Positions 50,301 to 62,230 of a DNA stretch of 64,000 nt are shown here, piece by piece. A model generated the notes under the pieces. The model did no database searches. It saw only the letters and a list, made by a program, of their open reading frames with translations, and was not told where the DNA came from. Positions within the stretch are counted from its first letter, which is position 1, and the number at the start of each line of letters is the position of its first letter. Source of the DNA: Vicugna vicugna. Taxonomy: Eukaryota. The translations under genes and the position numbers were made by a program. The stretch is taken from contig MU059537.1 of assembly GCA_013265495.1 (NCBI GenBank), forward strand, positions 5,651,132 through 5,715,131. Reading direction: 5' to 3'.

Positions 50301-51214
50301 CAGGAGGAAGGCAGCTGAGTGAGCACGGCCGGAGCTGACATGGACCCCAGCACACGAGGGGCACTCACATCGCAGTGGTCTGCTGCAAAGCCAGCCCGAA
50401 GCCGTGCACGCCAGGCATACACATCGCATCATTCTGCAGCTTCAAACGTACCCACAGCCTGCAGGCACTTTACAGAGGAAAAGAGAAGGGGACCCCTAAC
50501 TCATGCTATGGTTGGGGGGTACTCATTGTCACAAGGACTGTAGAATGGCGGAGATGCAGTCTGCCTCCTGGGTAATTAAAACTCAGGCGTTTTCCAGAAG
50601 TTCCCCCACATAGAACAGAGGTCAAGCTCCCGCCAGCCCTGACCCTGGGCGTTTGGCCCCTGGATGGTGGGAGAGAAAGTGCAGCTGCTCCCGCCCTCTG
50701 GTCAGAAATCCCTGACCATGCGCCAGCCTGGCTCAGAGCAACAAACGAGCACGACGTCCAGTCTGCTGCCCCTTCTTAGACCTTCCCGGTCTCTCTGCTC
50801 ATCCATCTCCTCACCGGCTTGTTATAAACAGCGTAATAACGAATGTAAATAGCATAGGTGGTCTGGGAAGTCTCTCACAGGAGGAAGGCAGGACATAATT
50901 AAAAACCAACAGAGACCCCCTCTCCCCACCCCGCTCTCGCCGCCTTCACACCGTCTCCCTCCTCTGTGCCCAGAAAACCAAGAGAAGCAGCAGAAAATGT
51001 TCACAAACGCACAGTCAGGTGACATGATTCTGCTCTCTGCTGCTTGTTACGTGCTCTGGAGCCACCAGCTCCTCCCATGGGCCAGGCACACACTGCCCTC
51101 GCCGGGGTCCCAGAGGAAGGGAATTCGGGCTTAGTGGCTCCATCCAATGGATGGGGACAGAGACTCAGCGAGTCTGCGCTGCTTCTTCAAGCCCAGCAGC
51201 GCGGGAAAACATAC

Positions 51215-51371
51215 CAACGTCACGCAGATCCGGGAGAGAGGCGGCCGGGACGTCCTCAAGCCGCAATGTCCATGTGATGTTGGCTCCTAAACGCTCCCGG
51301 CTCAGACACTCCACCTGCACCGTGGAGTCGCCGCAGACGGGGACAGACACGGGGGTCCCGGATGTCTTCAC
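51215..51371 (-). CDS. TG: TG exon 19 (157 nt)
   Basis: gtgcag|GTGAAGACA...GACGTTG|gtatgt; VKTSGTPVSVPVCGDSTVQVECLSRERLGANITWTLRLEDVPAASLPDLRDV. Confidence 0.97.
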
Positions 51372-53814
51372 CTGCACAGAGACGGGCACCTTCAGTTCAA
51401 GAACATGGAGTGGGGAGCCGGAGCTGCTGAGCCCACACCAGGCGCCAAAAGTGGCTTCTGTTGCAGTTGGAGGAGGAGGTCACAGAGCGGACGAGACCGC
51501 CCGTTGACCCGGGCACTGGCCTCTGGCAGTCAGAGGCTCCGCGCTCCTCCCCCGACTTTGGAAGGTCTGCTCTGACCCCGCCCACCCCTTACCCCGGCTG
51601 GGGGCGGTTGTCAAGGATGCAGCCTTGAGAGAGCTGGAAAACGGTGTCCCAGGTTCAGAGAGGCTGAACTACCTGCCCTGGTCACAAAGCTGGCAGAGGG
51701 GTGCCAGCGGAGTAAGAGCCAAGCTCTGTGCTTCGAAAGCTCAAACACTCCGAATTCATGGGGCCGTGTTTCAGTCTGCCAACTCTGCCCATGTCCTCAG
51801 AACACCCACCTCCGCAGGACACACCCCGCCCTCCTGGGAAGCACCCACTGGTTCCTCCGTTTTGACCACCCGGCCTGGCTTCTCCTCCCAATTCGAGCAC
51901 AAACCACCTGTGCCCACTGGAAGTCTGTGACTCGAGGTCCCCGCAGGGCAGGATGAGTGGAGGGACTGTGGTGGGGCCTGGTTAGCCTGAGGCCAGTGCC
52001 GACAGGGACCGAGGTTCAACACAAGCCTCACCGTGCCTCTTTCAAAGGCAACATCCCAAGAGCTTCTGTAGCAAGCCCCAGCGGGTTTTAGGTTATCAGA
52101 AGCCTGGGCATCCAGGGGTGATGAGAGCTCTGGAATTGTGACAGGAAAGGTTCTTGGGAGGAAAAGTCAAGGCATTTGTCCAGCCCACGATCCAGAGTCC
52201 ATCTGGGCCCGGCCCACAGCCTGCAGCACAAGAGACCTTGACCACCTCGTTCAGGGTCTGGACAACGCCCTTTCAAGACAGGCAGTGGTCTACACCCGCA
52301 CCCTGGGCTTCAGGAGGCCACCCAACGTGACAGGTCATGCCACAGACTGGCCCCAAGCACCTGCTGTATGCCACGCACCCCTCTCCACCCAGGATGCAGG
52401 TGAGTCGGGGATGTGGGTGTTCAGGTCATTGTCACTGGGTAAGAGCTGCTGGGTACCAGGCACTGAGCACTCTCAGAAGGCACCATGCACAATTTTTGAA
52501 CACCCTCTGTTATTCAGGCCCTGTGTGAAGTGCTTCAAACATATTAGCTAGTTTTGTCTCCAAAACAGACCTGTGGAGTCAGAGTGATCATTATCCCACG
52601 CCACAGACTGAATTAGCTTTAGAGAGTCTGAGGAACTGCCGAGGATCAGTATATTACCGATTAAATCTGTCCTGACCTCCTGAACTAGTGTCCCACTCTG
52701 TTTATCTCTGACAGTCCTCAGTGCTGAAAACCATACATACCTGGCCTGTCCTCAAACACTTGTTAAATGCAAGAATGAAGGAAGGAAAGAATGAATGAAA
52801 GCATGAACAAATTTGGTGTCATAGAAGAGTCTAGACTTAGTGGCATAAAAATCTTGGGCCACTTACTTACCGTCCATGGACTTTAGTTAATTCACTTACA
52901 AACTGAGGGCTAATGGTACCCACTGAACAGGGGGCTGTAAGAATCAGAGGTAAGGACTAGAATTTCCAGCACAGCGCAGCACCAGAAATACAACTAGTGT
53001 TCGATAATTGACAGAAAGGCGGATACCTGATCTGTTGCTAAAACTGTCGCCGTCAAGTACATTTCTTTAGATAACAGGGGGCAAGATATGTTTCTCTTTT
53101 AAAAAAAAATCAATATTCTTTGTATCTGGTTTTGTGAAACTGTGTGTTCCCCAAAATTCTTGACGTAAGCTGCTAAAAATTAGTTTCTCTGATACATCAG
53201 CAAACTTTGAGCAGAACAAGCAGTTATTTAAGTGACTTTTAAACATTCCCTCTGTGAGTATTTGGGACTTCAGATCACCAAAGCCCTTGCCTATCGCACA
53301 GCTAAAAACCCTCGGGGAACTACATCTCTCCAGCTGGCCTGGAACATGTCCTTCCAGGGCAGATCTGCAACGCCTCCTCACAGGTCAAGGAACGTCCCCA
53401 GCACAGTGAGTCAGTGAGAGCATCCTGGCGTCACATCAGCCAGCCTGGCTCTACCCCTTCCCAGTTGTGTGACTCTGGACAATTATGTGGAGTCTCCAGT
53501 AACAAAACAGTGATAATAATAGGGTCCGCGAGAGGACTGCACCAGCTAATCTATGCCAACGGACGCACAGTCTAAGTGCTCAGTGCACATCTGGTTTGAT
53601 ATCTTTGTGCAGAAAGAATGGCCAATGATGAGATGGACACCGACTTCACCTTGGCCTCTGTGTAATTACCCTTGTCTGAATTACCTTCTCAGTTTGCCCA
53701 TCGGGAAAATAACCAAGGTTTGAACTATGGATTCATTTCAGCTCTGGGCTTCTCTGACCCAGTGACCCTGAGTTCCGCCCAAGCCCCCGCTGGTGGGGAA
53801 GGGCAGGCACACAC

Positions 53815-53969
53815 CTGCATCTGACAGAAGCCGCGGGCTGTGAGCTCGTCCAGGATGAAGATCTCAAAAGTCGGCAGCAAGCCCGCGTAGTCGGCGCTGC
53901 ACACCTTGCCCGGCGGGAGCTGGAGCTGGAGCTGCCCTTGCACCTGGACGGTCTGCCACAGCTGGGGCC
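53815..53969 (-). CDS. TG: TG exon 18 (155 nt), contains hormonogenic Asp-Tyr site
   Basis: ctgcag|GGCCCCAG...ATGCAG|gtgtgt; PQLWQTVQVQGQLQLQLPPGKVCSADYAGLLPTFEIFILDELTARGFCQMQ. Confidence 0.97.
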
Positions 53970-55324
53970 CTGCAGACGGAGGCGAAAGGGGCTGTGGGAT
54001 TTTTTTCTTTTCTTTCCTTGGCTTTTCCTCTGCAACAATAACCCCTTCTTCATTTAGCTTGGAGCACACAAGTGCTGCCACCTTGTTCGTCATCCTCTGC
54101 GTCTAAATACGTCCCAGTATGACAGCTTGTCTCTGAAATTACTCTGCACCCTCACAGTGACCTCAGTCCTGCATCAGCCTCTAAACCAGCCTGCTTTACA
54201 TTTCTGTAGGGTCCTGGACTTGCTTCTTGCAAAATCTCCTGTGCTATCATGTTCACACAGGGCCACTACACATCGTGGTTTTGCCAGTTAAGAGTAGACA
54301 CCATAGCCTGTGTGAAGGGCTTACTCTCAGGCTGTTCAGTGCACAGCCTGCACAGTCATCTGCAGCAGCCGTGCACTCCACTTTAGGAGCTCAGGACCTG
54401 TGCCTCTTTTCTCTCAAGTCCTTTGCTCTAGATCCAATCGTGACCTGCCTGGTCTTGATTTCAGCTCAAGTCACTCTTGTCATCATCAGGCAGGTAGGAC
54501 CCTTATTTGTCCAGGCCACATTTTGAACTTTTTCTGGATAGCATTCTCTAGTCAGAATGTTTTGTGACAAATATTCTCCTTTCCGCCACTACCAACCGCC
54601 CAGAGCCTTGTGACGGTCAGTCCTAGGGTCCGGGTCTCTCTCCTGAATGCCCCTCCCATTGCCCTGGGTGGACCCAGCCCTGGTCCCAGCGTCCGCCCCT
54701 GCCCTGCCCCTGTGAGTAAGCACGGCCGGCCTTGACCAAGGCAGGTGCAGTCAGGGCCCGGTGTGGCCTCACAGCCATGTGTGTGTGAAAGTGGGTTCAG
54801 TGTGAGAGGAGGAGAAAGGAATTCTGCCCATCTTTCAATAGGGCACAGCCCACAGTGATCAGAACAGACGCCACACCCTGGAGCAGCGTCCGAGCCGAGC
54901 TCTGCCAGGCGTTAGCCCTGGAGCTCCAGGTGGACCTGGGGGAGAGGCCGGTGCGGTGGTGTCACTCCCAGAGGTCGGATCAGCAGCTCTGAGCTTGATG
55001 ACACCATAATGACCAGTGCGGCCACTGGAGCACCTTCTCCTTGGATTCAGTTCTGTGTGCGAGACATCCCAGGAGAGCCCAAAATGAAGGCGGCCTCATA
55101 GGGGGCAGATCTCTCCAGAGAAGCTGCCACTAAAGCCTCACCCTGGGGTCTGGGTAGCCCGTCTGCTCCCTCTAGAAGGGAGTGTCGCGTCGGGCCCTCT
55201 CTCTGCTCTTGCAGCCACCTGGCTTCTCACAGACACTGCACTCTGGTCGGGGGAAGATGAAGGCCTTGGCCCTGGGCCCTGGGAGGGAACAGGGTGCCGG
55301 GCAGACCTTCCCGAGGCCACTCAC

Positions 55325-55537
55325 GCTGGCAGGCCCAGGGCTGAGGCGGCGGTGACTCCCAGCGTCTGGTCTCCGGGCTGCACACCAGCGGCTCTGGCGG
55401 GAAGACACTCCGGTGGCCCTGGCGACACAGTAGCCGGCACCGCTGCTCGCTGGCCCCGCCGGGGCCCGGGGCTGGCTCGCACAGGACAGCCCCGCCAGCC
55501 ACAGCCGTCGCGCTGAAGGGCAGCGGGCACCGCGGGC
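55325..55537 (-). CDS. TG: TG exon 17 (213 nt)
   Basis: tcctag|GCCCGCGG...TGCCAGC|gtgagt; PRCPLPFSATAVAGGAVLCEPAPGPGGASEQRCRLLCRQGHRSVFPPEPLVCSPETRRWESPPPQPWACQ. Confidence 0.96.
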
Positions 55538-55679
55538 CTAGGAGAGGGAAGGGCAGCTGGGGACCTCTGCCCAGCCCAGGCGCCAGCCCTCCCACCGCAC
55601 ACCCCTTCTCGCCTGGCCTGGGCCTGGCCTCCTCCCTCTCTGCCTTCCTCTCTCAGTGTCAGCGGACACCTGAGCAGGA

Positions 55680-56510
55680 TGTCTGGTGTGCCTTCACCTC
55701 CACCTCAGGCCCTCTCCAGTTTCTTCCCATCTCTAAATCTGAGTCCCAACTGGTCTCCACCTCCAAGCCAGCAGGCCCTGGATTCAGCATCAGCTGCCAC
55801 ACCTGCTCCTGCTTCAGCTCCTCGAGCCCAAGGCCTGGCACCTCCAGCCGCCCAGGTGTCCGGAGCCAGAAACACAGCGGCCAACCTGGCCGACCCCACC
55901 CCCTCAGCCCTCACACCTCCTCGACTGCTCTTCATTCTCACTGCACTCCATTCAGACGTCCGTCATCCTCCTGAGCTGCTGGCAGAGCTTCCTCATCAGC
56001 CCCCTGCACTGGGGCCTCATCCCCTGCCCTTCTGCTCCCACGTCCAATCCAGACCCACTGCCAGCAAAGACACTGTGTGGCGGCTGGACACCGGCTCTCG
56101 AGTCCCCAGCGTGCCTGCTGACCCAACTTCCTCTCCCTGCTCTCACCTCTTCCAGCCCTGCTTTGCCCTGAACATTCGTTCCCCAAACACAAGCTGGTCG
56201 CGCAGCCCATGCCCTTCCCTCTGCCTGCTCGTCTGCCTCAAAGATTCCTTTTTTCATCCCCAGGTATCAGCTCAACCCCTATAATTTCCTAACGCCTTCC
56301 GTGGCTCCCCCAGGCTGCCTTAGGCCTCCTTCCTGCAAGCTCTCCATTCACCTGGCATAGACCCTGCATTCTGGGCTCCCCACTGGACTGAGCCCCGAGA
56401 CTGGGGGAAAGAGGATGTCTTTTCTCTGTTCACTCAGTCCGCAGCCCAGTGCTGACCCAGAACACAAGCTCCATGAGTATGTGTTAAATAAGCAGGTGGA
56501 TGAGTGAAGT
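55680..56510 (+). mobile_element. Long L2 fragment
   Basis: Pyrimidine-rich L2 body ending ccactggactgagccccga...ttcactcagtccgcagcccagtgct...gtgttaaataag...gatgagtga. Confidence 0.7.
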
Positions 56511-56819
56511 AAAGAACAGACACCCTCGGTGTGACAATTTCACACCTGGCTAGAGACTTAGTTAATTATCTGATTCTCGAGCACATCCTTGCAGCCTGCA
56601 TATGTCTGGCTTTAAAATCTGCAACCTGCATGTGATCCAAGGGTACTTGGGGGCCTCAAAGATAGAGGATGACCCCTTTTAATCTCCAGGGTGCAGCCTG
56701 GGCTTCTTTCTAATAAGGACGATGGCCTCTGGCAGAGCTTGTGGACGAGATTTGCAGTGGTCTTACTGAGATGACCTTGACCAAGAGCGATGTCTGTGGG
56801 GGAGAGTGGAGAGAGTCAG

Positions 56820-57085
56820 CCTGTGGGCTGTGGGGCCAGCCTGCTGGGCTCTGAATCCCGGCTCAATCATTTACCAGTTGAGCCCCTAGAGCAAGTGATT
56901 TAACGTCTCTGTGCTTCAATTTCCTCACTCATCATGGTGAGGATAGCAGTAGGGCCTGCCTCCTAGGGACGGTGTGAATCAGAACGAGTTGAGGCATGTG
57001 AAGAGCTCAGAGGAGTGACCGACCATAAACGGTCATTAATGTCAGTCATCATCACCGTTATTATTATTAACAACAACAACAAGAG
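56820..57085 (+). mobile_element. MIR SINE with (ATT)n/(AAC)n tail
   Basis: tctgaatcccggctc...gcaagtgatttaacgtctctgtgcttcaatttcctca...ttattattattaacaacaacaac. Confidence 0.85.
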
Positions 57086-58276
57086 TGGTGCATTATTTCC
57101 TGGTTGGAAATTCTAGGGTGTGAACTAACCCTTTCCGAACAACGGAAGAGCACTCGATGAACTGTTAGGGTAAACTTCCGGGAGAAATAACAGCTGGCGT
57201 TTACTGTGAATTTTAAAGTATGTGAAACTCTATCACAGTTAATATGTAACTGAACCTCACTCAAAACAACCCTGTGAAGGAGGCAGCCCTGGTTTTACCA
57301 TCTCTTTTCATAGACAAAGAAACTGAGGTTTGAGGACTTGGAGGGACAGAGCCAGGACGTGAGTGCAGGTTCTTTGACTCTAACCACGACCCCAGCAGGG
57401 AAAGGCCACGCTCCCCGTTGGTCTGGTCCTGTTCAGAGATGGGAGGGTGCCCCTCTTCCAGGCTCCCCGTCCTCCAGCATACCTTCTGCAGAACCCTCAA
57501 CACTTGGTGTTACAATGGCTCACGGACGTCTCCTGGGCCTGGCTCTGTTTCTGGCTTAGACAGCCGTCTTGGGGCCACACAGAAAGCCCGCTGGGCTGGG
57601 GGAGGACTCCACCCCTCTATGCTGAGCCCGTGATCCTGCCCAGCCCCCAGTGTCTCTGAGCTGCTGTGTCCCACTGCTAGGATGGCCACAGAGATCCCTG
57701 GCACTTGTGACCACCAAGGTGGACCAAGTACGGGAGGGGAGGTCCTGGGCACCTGGGGAGCCAGAGCGCAGCTGGACCGTCAGCTCTCATGCGGGAGTGC
57801 CGGGCCTGAGGGCCCGCAAAGGCCTTCCAACAGCAGCAGCCAGGCCCCCATTTGCAGCCGAGGCCACCGAGGCTGAGGAGGCCAGGTTCCTACTCCTGCT
57901 TTGAGACAAGTGAGCTTCTCTTACCAGTGTCTCTCCCTGCCCAGCACACCTGCCTTCTCGCTGCCTTCCTCCTAGTTCCCTGGAAATGCAGACTCCCTCG
58001 CTATGGTTGACTCATCTGCCCTCCTCAGTCAGGGAGGAAGGGGAAAAGGAAGAAGTAGGGAAACCGAAGTTAACTGGACACCCACAGAGAGGAGCACGGG
58101 AGCATTTCGACGTCATGAGAGCCAACTGCCACCACCTCCCTCACACGCTTCCCTCGCCTCCCCTCCTGCCCCGCCGTCCTGGCACCTGTGCAGCACCCCC
58201 TGCCCAGCCTGGGCGGAGGAAGAGATAAACACCACGCCCTCCGCCCAGGGAGCCCCTCCAGGGCGTCTCCACTCAC

Positions 58277-58477
58277 TCTCACACGCTGGCTGGCTCCCGG
58301 CCACGCGGGTCCCGGGGACCTCCTCTCCGCTGCCCAGGACACACCAGCAGCTGCCCTGGCCTGGGTTGCATTGCACGGGGGAGAAGCCTCCATCCTCTGC
58401 CCTGCAGGCCGGGGCGTAGCCTGGGCCAGCTCTCCTGGAGGGGACTCCACTCTGGAGCACTTCACAGAGGCTCGGGC
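58277..58477 (-). CDS. TG: TG exon 16 (201 nt), type-1 repeat 10
   Basis: gtcaag|GCCCGAGC...TGTGAGA|gtgagt; PSLCEVLQSGVPSRRAGPGYAPACRAEDGGFSPVQCNPGQGSCWCVLGSGEEVPGTRVAGSQPACE; lies within ORF 58113-58685. Confidence 0.97.
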
Positions 58478-58648
58478 CTTGACGCAAAGACAAGCCAGAT
58501 GCGCTTGTGGCCCACAAGCTGCCCGGCCCTTGTTGCCACCCGCCACCCACCGCCACCTGCCTGCAGGGCCCCCAGGGTCTGGGGCTGCCTCCCCACTGGG
58601 GTGTTGAGCTAGAACAGGGCAAAGCCTGGGCCTCACCCCCACCCTCTC

Positions 58649-58651
<3 letters not shown>

Positions 58652-58689
<38 letters not shown>
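58652..58689. repeat. Perfect (AC)19 microsatellite, intron 15
   Basis: Read directly from the sequence. Confidence 0.97.
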
Positions 58690-58692
<3 letters not shown>

Positions 58693-59277
58693 CTGCCCTC
58701 GGGTCAACAAGTAAGTGAGCAGCTATAGTTCATAAGAGATCCTGAAGTTGACATGAAGAAACAGGAGGAGCCACAGAAGGCACAGAAAAGACAGACAGGG
58801 CCCCGTGAGCCACAGCAAGGAGCCTGGGCCTGGCGCTGGGAACCACGGGGGGTGTTCCTGGTTTTCAGGCAACAGAGGGACATCAGCACGTTTGCACTTA
58901 AGGGACGTCATCTTGATTTCACGGTGGAAATCAAGTTGCAAGGCCAGGCTGGAGACCAAGGGACTAAGCAGGGGCCTGTTGTGGCATCAGTGTCGTATCG
59001 CTGGTCCCCCGCAAAAGCACCTGTGCCCCCTTTAACAGGGACCAGCACTGGTTTGAGCCTCTTGCTTACAAAGCACAGTGCCCCTCCCTGCCGTGTGTAT
59101 TTCTACCAAGAACCCATGGGGGTGGAGGAATAGTGTCGCTATTTCATAGATGAGAAAACTAAGGCACAGTGAGGTTAGAGGCATCCACAGCTCTGGAAGA
59201 GACAGAGCTGAGCCGTGAAGCCAGCTCTTGGGACTCCACGCCCAGCGCTCATGGGAGAGGTAGGAGGTGATACTCAC

Positions 59278-59380
59278 ACTGGGCACTGCTGTTCGTGCCA
59301 GGCGGCATGCTCTGTCCCGAGACCGGGTCCACACACCAGACGCCGCCCTGCGATGCCTGCAGCCTGGCAAACTCTCCTGT
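59278..59380 (-). CDS. TG: TG exon 15 (103 nt)
   Basis: gtctcag|ACAGGAGAG...GCCCAGT|gtgagt; TGEFARLQASQGGVWCVDPVSGQSMPPGTNSSAQ(C). Confidence 0.97.
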
Positions 59381-59466
59381 CTGAGACAAAGCCGAGGTCA
59401 TGTCACCCAGGGAAGATGCTTTTGTGACTGGTAGGTCAGTAACCAGATGTCAAGAATATTCCTTCC

Positions 59467-59565
59467 TTGTGTAACTGAAAAATCATGCTCTACACTGGAG
59501 TTTCACACAACATTGTAAAATGACTGTAACTCAATAAAAAAATGGTAGCAGCAACAACAACAACA
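59467..59565 (+). mobile_element. Young 5'-truncated L1 3' end (99 nt) with a 15-bp TSD
   Basis: TSD aagaatattccttcc (59452-59466) / aagaatattctttcc (59566-59580); body tgtaactgaaaaatcatgctctacactggagtttcacacaacattgtaaaatgactgtaactcaataaaaaaa with a (CAA)n tail. Confidence 0.9.
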
Positions 59566-61532
59566 AAGAATATTCTTTCCAAAACTTCTGGGGATGGCTT
59601 CTCTAAATGGAGGGGCTGGTGTGGGCAGGTGGAGTCCTGTTCCAGACCCTCTACAGACACTGTTTGAATTGACAGTTATAACAACCCCATGAGATAAGAA
59701 CCACAGTTATCCCATTTTAGGGTGGGAGAAACAGGCTCACTCAGAGGGGGAAAGCGACAGAGCAACACCCCGAAGGTGGGGAATGGCAGACCCTGGCTGG
59801 GCTACACCCGTCCAGCCCCAGAGCCCAGCCAGTCTCTCGAAACAAGCCCCCCAGCTCCAGCAACGACCTTCCACAAACACCCGCCGGAGAAAGGGAGTCT
59901 GTGACACCTGCACAGGGAATGAAGAAAACAGGACACGGCAGGAGCCCAGGCCCCACGTCTGGCCAGGGTCCGTCTCGCCCTTGCCCGTCCCAGGGCCGCC
60001 GCCAGGCACCGGGCCAGCCCTCAGCCCGCTGGGCCTCGTCCCCCGTCTTGGAAAAGGAGGCGGGACTAGATGGATCCTTGAGCACCGTTCTCGGCTCTCC
60101 CAAGCATAGAAAATGTCACCTTCCTACATCTGTAACAGAAAAGCATGCGGACGAGCAGGTGTCCTGCAGAGAAGCAGCTCCTTCAAGCGCCCTGACCATC
60201 ACTGAGGGTTTTCTAGAGCTTTTGTTGGCCGTTTGTGCATCTTATACTCTGCTGTGCCTTGTTCACAGACAAGAAGTGACCATCACAACACCACCTGCCA
60301 TTTACAGAGAACACAGCCAGGAAGGCCACCCTGAGCGAGTCACCCCCCACTACCCGGGGTCAGTCAGTCCCTGGAAGGGAGGAAGTCTATTGTTCCCATT
60401 CCGGGAGGCCCAGAGGAATCAGGCGACGTGCCCCTGGTTGCACGGCTTTAAGCTACGCAGGTAAGATTCAACCCCAGCCACGATTTGAGAAAATATGGGA
60501 GAAAGACTTGAAGCTGAGAACATTCTAGCCATTAACATGGCTTTTCTTGGGGAGTTGGGTCAAAGGCACAGCCATCCAGTGTGGCCAGTGGGAGTCTTGC
60601 GTCTTGTTTCCTGGCATCTGGGTCCTCCAGGAGCCAGGCTGGAAAACCACATAGTCAGAGGTGCTCTGGGACCAGCTCTGAATCACTTTTCCCTCCATCG
60701 GAGCCATGGTTTCTACTTGTCCTTCTCCACAGGTGAACATCACCCCTCAGGAGGATGGCGCAGACTTTCAGTCCGGTGGTAGGGGTTGTCGGCCAAAATG
60801 AATGACTATTTCATTCAAAATACACTAATTTCTCTACAAAACTCAGTCGTAATCGGGGGTCCATGTTCACAGCAACAAACGATAATAATAATAAGGAGCA
60901 GTAATCAGGGACCTTTTGCTCAGTAATCTGCAGTTTCACTAACCTCTACGTTGCTGACTTCATCTGCCTTTCCTAGAGGCCCGGGGAGCCCAGCAGAGCA
61001 GAAGGTAGCATTTGTATCATCCCTCCTTTAGGGAGAGGGGACTGGGGCACACAGATTTCCACCACTTGGCACATAAGCAGTTGATTCCAGCAAGAATCCT
61101 TCCTCCAGGACCTTTCACATCGGTCACTGCACTAAATTACTACAACCACCCAGGGAACGGGGGAGGGAAATATTATGATTGATGTTGAGAAACCAAGACA
61201 TGATGTCCAGGTGACTCTAGGAATAATATCTGTGTAGATTATTTTTCAAAGCATTTTCATGAAAGATATTTCCTTGGGGCCTCAAAGCGAAATAATGCTA
61301 GCACTAGGGAGGATAAAATGTGGCCTGATCTTAGGATAATACAAAGCACAGAGAAGGTAAGTAAATTGCCCAAGGTCACACAGCCAGGGTCAGCCAGGGC
61401 TAAGACAAGAACCCAGGCCTAGAACTCCCTGTGAGCTTTCAAATAAAACAGATATATTGAAAACTAGAAAAATCATCAGCCAGGAGGTTCTGGCTTCCCT
61501 CCGTGAAACTTCCTGGGCCTTCAGAGCCTTAC

Positions 61533-61645
61533 CTCTGAGCAGGCTGGGATGAACAGGTCTTCCGGAGATGGTTTTACTTGGGAGCCAGCCTGTTTCCAAC
61601 TGGAAAGCAGCCCACTGGCTCGAGATTTCTCACAGGTGGTAGGGC
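61533..61645 (-). CDS. TG: TG exon 14 (113 nt)
   Basis: cgacag|GCCCTACC...TCAGAG|gtaagg; PTTCEKSRASGLLSSWKQAGSQVKPSPEDLFIPACSE. Confidence 0.97.
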
Positions 61646-62152
61646 CTGTCGGGGAGGAAGAGGAGCTCTTAACAGACTGGCTGTGGGCACCCAGGGAGGG
61701 CGGGGAGCCCAGGTTGGCCCCAAGTGTCAGAGGTGTCCATCTGGTGGATGGAGTTGCCCTGCACAGAGAGCTGGAACCTCAGCAAAGAAGCAGGCTGAGA
61801 TTCAGAGACAAAGACCCACGTGGGACATGTCATTTCTGAAATATGAAATGATCGCTTGACTACAGGAGAGAGGTTGGACCATAGGACAGGTGTGAGAAGG
61901 CTGTTGAAACCACAGAAGTGGATGAACTGTCCAGGGAGCAGATGTGTAGCAGGGACCGGGGGCTCCTTCCCCACCCCAAGCTGCTTCTCTCCACCTGGGA
62001 AGGTCCAAGGTCAGGGAGAGTTGTCCAGGCCTGGGGACTTGGGGACATGATCTGGCTGCACTTGGGGGCTGGTCTGAGGGACTGGTCCCCAGGGCCTCCC
62101 CAGAGCCTCCCCAGGCCGGGTCGGGTGACAGGGCCTCGCAGGCTTCACTCAC

Positions 62153-62230
62153 ATTGAGGGGCCTGGGGGGAACGGGCAGTCAGCGAGCCAGGCACATACT
62201 CTCCCTTCCCGTCCACACACCAGCAGTGCC
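62153..62230 (-). CDS. TG: TG exon 13 (78 nt)
   Basis: ttttccag|GGCACTGC...CCTCAAT|gtgagt; (G)HCWCVDGKGEYVPGSLTARSPQAPQ(C), with the type-1 CWCV motif. Confidence 0.97.

Noticed and set aside
55300-55600. CpG-rich patch as a possible internal promoter
   Set aside because: It is short and coincides with GC-rich exon 17, so codon usage explains it.
55679-56284. 201-aa Pro/Ser-rich plus-strand ORF
   Set aside because: It lies entirely within a pyrimidine-rich L2 fragment.
58070-58687. ORFs beginning MCVCVCV (also at 39275 and 47597)
   Set aside because: These are translated (TG)n microsatellites. The only real coding part is TG exon 16 in one frame.
52390-61365. Other strong plus-strand donors (after 52399, after 60460, near 61357)
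   Set aside because: No matching strong upstream acceptor was found, and two fall inside MIRs.
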